A model generated the notes under the pieces. The model worked only from the letters and a program-made list of their open reading frames with translations, was not told where the DNA came from and did not search any database. Positions 60,842-64,000 of a stretch of DNA of 64,000 nucleotides are shown piece after piece. The translations under genes were made by a program, and so were the position numbers. Every line of letters starts with the position of its first letter. Position 1 is the stretch's first letter. The DNA is from Octopus sinensis (lineage: Eukaryota), in NCBI RefSeq assembly GCF_006345805.1, contig NW_021833012.1:1-64000 (forward strand), in the 5' to 3' direction.

Positions 60842-63722
60842 CATCATCGTTTAACGTCCGTTTTCCACGCTAGCATGGGTTGGACGGTTCGACTGGGTTC
60901 TGGCAAGCCAGGAGGCTGCACCAGGCCTCAATCTGATCTGGCAGTGTTTCTTCAGCTCGATGCCCTTCCTAACACCAACCACTCCGAGAGTGTAGTAAGT
61001 GCTTTTTACATGCCACCACCACAGGGGCCTGAGGAGCTGGCATTGACCATGTTCAGATGGTGCTTTTTATGTGCCACTGGCATGGGAGCCAGTCAAGGTG
61101 GCACTAGCATTGGCCATGTTTAGATGGTGCTTTTTACATGCCACCATGGGGATACATACATACATATATATATATTTCGTTCTTGGATTTCGCTTTCGGA
61201 TTATAAGGCACATACCCAGACACAACAGTATATATATATATACATATATATAAACCATAAAAAATCAGAAGGCATGAGAAGTGAATATATATTTAATTAC
61301 TTGTCAACCTTTTGGGGTGTATTTATAATTTCAGTGCATAATGAATTATTTGTACATGTCTGAACTAAAATGCATGTTAGGTATTATACAATACGATTGT
61401 ACGAGTTCTGATCAATAAGTATCCGGACTGGGGCTATAAAAACAAAACTGCAATACATACCAATTTGGCATTTAATCTTCTTCAAAATAATCCCCTTCAG
61501 AAGTCACACACTTAATCCAGCACTGTTTCCAGTGATGGATGCATTCCTGGAACTCGTTTTCTGGGATAATCAGTAGCAGCCTTCTTGCATTCACTTTGAT
61601 TTCTTTGACATCCTGAAACCTTCCTTTCAAATGATTTTTGGTAAGAGGAAAAAGTCAGAAGGGGCGAGATCTGGGAAATACCGTGGCTGCCAGACCTTGA
61701 GAATCCTGTGCCTAGCCAAAAACTGTTGCACAAACTGCACTGAATGGGCAGGTGCATTGTCATGGTGCAATTACCACTCACCAGATGCATCCAACTGTGG
61801 CCTTTTCCAATGAATAGCATCTGGCAAATGCTACAAAATGTCACAGAAGTACTCCTTGTTTACTGTCTGACCAGATGGAGCATACTCATGATGAACAAAT
61901 CGCCTTGTAGTCAAAGGAAACGGTCAACAGTGTCTTCACATTGCTTCAAGTCATGCTTTCTTTGGTCTCAGAGAGGTTGGGGGTCTTCTTCTGCAAAGAC
62001 AGAGCCTTTGTTTCAAGGTCATAGCCATAAACTCATGAGTTATCACTTGTTATGACTGTTTTCAAAAAGTTTTCATCGTTCTCAAGACAATCAAGGAGAA
62101 CTTGTGCAACTGAAACCCAATGATGCATTTTACATGCCACCAGAACGGGAGCCAGTTAAGGGGCACTGGCCACAGCTATGATTTTGGTTTTACTTGACTC
62201 AACAGGTTTTCTTGAGCATATCATATCGCCCGACACATCAAAGGTACTCTTAAATGGGCCAGGCATGCAACATTGGCATTGGCCATGGCTGTGATCTCAC
62301 TTTAGTTGTCAGGTCTTCTCAATCACAGCATATCTCCAAAGGTCTCGGTTTCCTGTCATTGCCTCTGTGAGGCCCAATGTTTGAAGGTCATGCTTCACCA
62401 CCTCATCTCATGTCCTCCTGGGTCTACCTCTTCTACAGGTTCCTTACACAGTTAGGGTGTGGCACTTCCTCATGCAGTTGTCCTCATCCATACGTAACAC
62501 ATGACTGTGCCAACATAGACACCTCTCTTGCACACTACATTTGATGCTTCTTTTCTCTCAGGGTGCTCACACTCTGTTGTGTATGGACACTGACATTATA
62601 CATCCAGCGGATCATACTAACCCCGTCTCTTTCAAGCCTACACATGTTTTCAGCAGTCATGGCTCTTGTGGTAGAGGTAGACCCAAGAAGACAGGAGACA
62701 AGGGCATGACCTTTACTGTCAGCATGTAAAAATCACGTTCTGAGTGTTGGGCCTCAATGCAGCAATGACAAATGACTGAGGCCCTTGACCATATGCCATA
62801 CTTGAGAAGACCCATCATGCTGAGTGAAATCATAGTCATGGCAGATACTGGTGTCACACAAATGGCACCCATGCCAGTGGTATGTAAAAGCACCCATTAC
62901 ACTCCCAGAGTGGTTGGCGTTAAGAAGGGCATCCAGCTATAGAAAAATCAGAATGGACTCTGTTACAGCCCCTCAGCTTATCTGCCCTGGTCAAGCTATC
63001 CAATCTATACCAGCATGGACAATGGACTTTAAATGACAATGATGATGATAAGGATGACGATGATGATGATGATGACGATGATGATGATGACAACTATGAT
63101 GATGATGACAACGATGATGACGATGATGACGACAATGATGATGATGATGATGATGATGATGAATTAGAGAGATTTGAAATTTGAATACAAACAAAGAAGA
63201 AATAATTTTAACAACACTCGATATCATTCACTATGCAGAGTCCCAGGATGGTAGCAGTGGTCTGAAATAGTCATATTGTAAATATGTACATATGTACTAG
63301 ATGGTGATGTATAGCAATAATTAAAGAGCAGTTGATATCACTCCCCACAGGGATAAGATGATAGTCTTTTTCAGGTTAACTTCATTATCTCAGGAATTGA
63401 CACCTCTTCGCTAAACAGAAAAGCAAAGAACACTAGAATTAATATTGAATGTTGAAGTGTCAACACAAGAAGTCTTCTGCTGATTGCTTGGTTATTTTTC
63501 TTTGACAAAATGAATATTTCTTTTATTTCAGATGATGAAGATGACGAAGATGAAGAAATAGAAGATAATGTCTCTACTGGTCAACACGATGATGGTGTCA
63601 CCTTGAAATTCTTTGCTAAATACCAAAATCTTGACAATGCTATAGAAACTGTTAAAAAAGAATACCTTTCTCTGTTGACCACTGAGGAAATACCATTTGA
63701 TACAAATTTAACAGAATCTCGA
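7616..63722 (+). CDS. PARP14: PARP14-like macrodomain mono-ADP-ribosyltransferase, partial: 12 coding exons, gene extends beyond both window ends
   Basis: Exons 7616-9149, 13505-13753, 24199-24378, 29969-30105, 30386-30612, 31223-31450, 46961-46988, 51780-51916, 52198-52425, 53806-54027, 58130-58184 and 63532-63722 all have AG/GT boundaries and matching phases. Macro motifs: [63 protein letters not shown]. The RRM-KH-3x macro-KH order fits the PARP14 family; orthology within PARP9/14/15 is not established. Confidence 0.85.
9191..9425 (+). mobile_element. tRNA-headed SINE, family 2 (related copies ~14452-14680, ~24503-24910, ~37900-38045 minus)
   Basis: Shared caagtgtcttctat...aaagccttg...agaaactgaaagaagc followed by (TA)n/(TG)n. 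Confidence 0.6.
11420..13415 (-). mobile_element. RTE LINE 3' fragments with a nested SINE
   Basis: [27 protein letters not shown] on the minus strand; 3' UTR motif aggaagggcatc. Confidence 0.8.
11927..12154 (+). mobile_element. SINE family 1 (gtcgactttgcctttcatcctttcggggtcg core) with 13-bp TSD
   Basis: gtttgactgaaaa at 11914-11926 and 12155-12167; B-box-like gagttcaaattcc. Further copies at 34578-34798 (-) and ~59695-59925 (-). Confidence 0.9.
13505..13753 (+). CDS. PARP14: Macro1 middle exon (phase 1-1)
   Basis: tttgcag acceptor; GFEIQAES...[24 protein letters not shown]...IAIPAISTG; gtaaga donor; 249 nt. Confidence 0.92.
13900..14435. mobile_element. Two RTE 3' UTR fragments
   Basis: cacccactacactc..ggcgttaggaagggcatccagc..ccaacccatgccagtatggaaaacggacgttaatgatgatg, plus a related partial copy. 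Confidence 0.65.
15241..15441. repeat. Long inverted repeat: 89-bp arms, 23-nt loop
   Basis: 15241-15329 versus the reverse complement of 15353-15441: 83/89 identical. Confidence 0.95.
15627..16830 (-). mobile_element. Extremely AT-rich Penelope-like terminal-repeat relic with a hammerhead-like motif
   Basis: Minus strand ctgaaga..(long stem)..gaaacgatcgta at 16011-16099; no recognisable ORF. Confidence 0.45.
16850..18240. mobile_element. RTE 3' fragments (16850-17230 +; 17417-18240 -)
   Basis: Same 3' UTR repeats and GAT/CAT tails; minus-strand RT C-terminus. Confidence 0.75.
19923..20141. mobile_element. hAT-type MITE (219 bp) nested in the Helitron
   Basis: 8-bp TSD acctacat (19915-19922, 20142-20149); TIRs cagtgcttttcaa / ctgaaaaccactg. 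Confidence 0.9.
20750..23790 (+). repeat. 69-bp tandem array: 40 near-identical units (21003-23759) plus diverged edge units; encodes [23 protein letters not shown]
   Basis: Period 69 bp = 23 codons; three 68-bp units (AAA to AA at ~21341, ~21961, ~23479). Confidence 0.97.
24199..24378 (+). CDS. PARP14: Macro1 C-terminal exon (phase 1-1)
   Basis: ttacag acceptor; (G)[21 protein letters not shown]...[17 protein letters not shown]; gtagga donor; 180 nt. Confidence 0.9.
25190..28626 (+). mobile_element. Cluster of decayed RTE LINE fragments and 3' UTR tandem repeats
   Basis: [52 protein letters not shown]; GAT tails at ~27765 and ~28612. Confidence 0.85.
29969..31450 (+). CDS. PARP14: Macro2 exons a, b, c (29969-30105, 30386-30612, 31223-31450)
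   Basis: [14 protein letters not shown]|[32 protein letters not shown]...|TLANLTQII...[13 protein letters not shown]...[11 protein letters not shown]. Exon b is 227 nt, one A short (tccaattt) relative to the 228-nt duplicate (tccaaattt). Confidence 0.9.
33480..33830 (-). mobile_element. SINE-like interspersed repeat, another family
   Basis: Tail gtaccccagtgtcactttgatgg-like sequence shared with 58296-58350. Confidence 0.45.
33960..35825 (-). mobile_element. R4/Dong-like LINE 3' portion (RT end, CCHC, RLE) ending at (TAA)n, interrupted by a SINE
   Basis: [18 protein letters not shown]; [14 protein letters not shown]; [23 protein letters not shown]. Confidence 0.85.
35831..36064 (+). mobile_element. 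5'-truncated hammerhead-bearing SINE-like copy with degraded stems
   Basis: Homologous to 53390-53707; ctgatga at 35934-35940, gaaacgtt at 35963-35970. Confidence 0.8.
36190..36672 (-). mobile_element. tRNA-derived SINE (resembles octopus OR/OK types)
   Basis: Minus-strand head ggtgcaatggcccagtggttagg...gcggttttgattcc (A and B boxes) followed by a non-tRNA body. Confidence 0.7.
36887..37238 (-). mobile_element. 352-bp non-autonomous Helitron
   Basis: Minus strand: A|TCTCTCTATATATAAAC start; cccggc-aac-gccggg hairpin; gtgCTAG|T end. Confidence 0.85.
38680..41750 (-). mobile_element. Decayed RTE LINE (endonuclease-RT) in several pieces
   Basis: [63 protein letters not shown]. Confidence 0.9.
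43198..44150 (-). mobile_element. RTE 3' fragments
   Basis: [24 protein letters not shown]; 3' UTR and GAT tails. Confidence 0.85.
45281..45988. mobile_element. piggyBac-type non-autonomous element (708 bp)
   Basis: TTAA at 45277-45280 and 45989-45992 flanking TIRs CCCCTTACCC / GGGTAAGGGG. Confidence 0.8.
46961..46988 (+). CDS. PARP14: 28-nt micro-exon closing the Macro2 module (EFDEYLRNR, phase 0-1)
   Basis: Acceptor ttctttttgttttaacag, donor gtaaaa. It supplies the phase 0-to-1 link required between 31450 and 51780 and resembles the equivalent exon at 58130 (KFKEYFQQM). Confidence 0.7.
47030..47960 (-). mobile_element. R4/Dong-like LINE 3' fragment
   Basis: [31 protein letters not shown]; [19 protein letters not shown]. 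Confidence 0.85.
49373..49868 (+). mobile_element. CR1-clade LINE 3' end
   Basis: [30 protein letters not shown]; (ATT)n tail. Confidence 0.8.
51780..54027 (+). CDS. PARP14: Macro3 exons a', b', c' (51780-51916, 52198-52425, 53806-54027), duplicate of the Macro2 module
   Basis: Same splice sites and phases as 29969-31450; open frames [14 protein letters not shown]|[28 protein letters not shown]..|ILRNLTSMV...[13 protein letters not shown]...[11 protein letters not shown]. Confidence 0.9.
53146..53707. mobile_element. Head-to-head inverted pair of a tRNA-headed, hammerhead-bearing SINE-like element (53146-53390 minus, 53390-53707 plus)
   Basis: A box TGGCATAGTGG 53397-53407; B box AGTTCGATTCC 53441-53451; (AAC/AAT)n linker; homologous tails in opposite orientation. 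Confidence 0.85.
53193..53238 (-). ncRNA. Minimal type-I hammerhead ribozyme motif
   Basis: Minus strand GACAC-CUGAUGA-A-GGCUG-(10-nt loop)-CAGCC-GAAA-CG-UU-GUGUU. Stem I GACAC/GUGUU, stem II GGCUG/CAGCC, palindromic ACGU stem III, predicted GUU cleavage site. Confidence 0.75.
54150..55680 (-). mobile_element. Decayed RTE LINE fragment
   Basis: [44 protein letters not shown]. Confidence 0.85.
55700..57535 (-). mobile_element. R4/Dong-like LINE RT region
   Basis: [69 protein letters not shown]. Confidence 0.9.
58130..58184 (+). CDS. PARP14: 55-nt exon closing the Macro3 module ([18 protein letters not shown])
   Basis: ttttaacag acceptor, gtaaat donor, phase 0-1 as required. Confidence 0.78.
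58620..59600 (+). mobile_element. Possible Penelope-like RT relic
   Basis: Weak resemblance of [16 protein letters not shown](A)M to a PLE RT; heavily decayed. Confidence 0.3.
60445..60813 (-). mobile_element. mariner transposon 5' relic
   Basis: [18 protein letters not shown] (mariner N-terminal HTH); TIR-like ttggatcatcccataagtaatg. Confidence 0.7.
61400..62110 (-). mobile_element. mariner transposase C-terminal relic with TIR
   Basis: Minus frame [31 protein letters not shown]; TIR tacgagttctgatcaataagtatccgg. Confidence 0.85.
62120..63165. mobile_element. RTE 3' fragments in both orientations with a long (GAT/GAC)n tail
   Basis: RGRPKKT and 3' UTR motifs; tail at ~63030-63162. Confidence 0.75.
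63532..63722 (+). CDS. PARP14: Post-macro acidic linker and KH-like exon
   Basis: ttttatttcag acceptor; [15 protein letters not shown]...[22 protein letters not shown]; gtaagt donor; phase 1-0. Confidence 0.8.
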
Positions 63723-64000
63723 GTAAGTTATCCACAATATTACAGAGTTTTTATTTATTCGCTTGTTTATTTATTATTGTCATCATTTTCTGATTGAATT
63801 GCATTTTATTTTCAATTTCCGACCAGGTTTCAACTAGAGACCTAAGTTACATAATGGAGGGAAAAAACTGAGAATGTGGGCAGTTGATGCCAACACAGTG
63901 TTTTGGGTCCCATAGATTGTTGGTTTCCCAGCATGGACAGAAACCACATGTTGAGCAAAAGAGTAAAAGCTTGCTTGATCTCGTTTTTCAGTATGAATGT

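Noticed and set aside
11420-63165. Antisense bias of intronic LINE fragments
   Set aside because: RTE pieces occur in both orientations in comparable numbers, so no clear bias can be claimed.

Overview
Eukaryotic, repeat-rich genomic DNA. The SINE/LINE families resemble those I recall from octopus; the species cannot be verified here. The whole window lies inside one + strand gene, a PARP14-like macrodomain mono-ADP-ribosyltransferase. Twelve coding exons (7616-63722) were reconstructed with GT-AG sites and mutually consistent phases. They encode the end of an RRM, a KH-like region, three macrodomains and the start of a further KH-like region; the 5' exons and the WWE/catalytic exons lie outside the window. 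Macro2 and Macro3 come from a tandem duplication of a phase 1-1 four-exon module. The shared introns of the two copies are about 95% identical, while their exons differ by about 11-23%, mostly at non-synonymous sites. The introns hold RTE, R4/Dong, CR1 and Penelope-like retroelements, several SINEs, mariner relics, piggyBac and hAT MITEs, and two Helitrons. Other notable signals: (1) a 5.4-kb Helitron derivative in which a 23-aa STPR-like repeat is amplified to 40 near-identical copies; (2) a tRNA-headed SINE-like element carrying a minimal type-I hammerhead ribozyme, intact only in the antisense copy; (3) recurrent single-base homopolymer deletions, which suggest the frameshifts are long-read assembly errors rather than pseudogenisation. 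All counts were made by hand.
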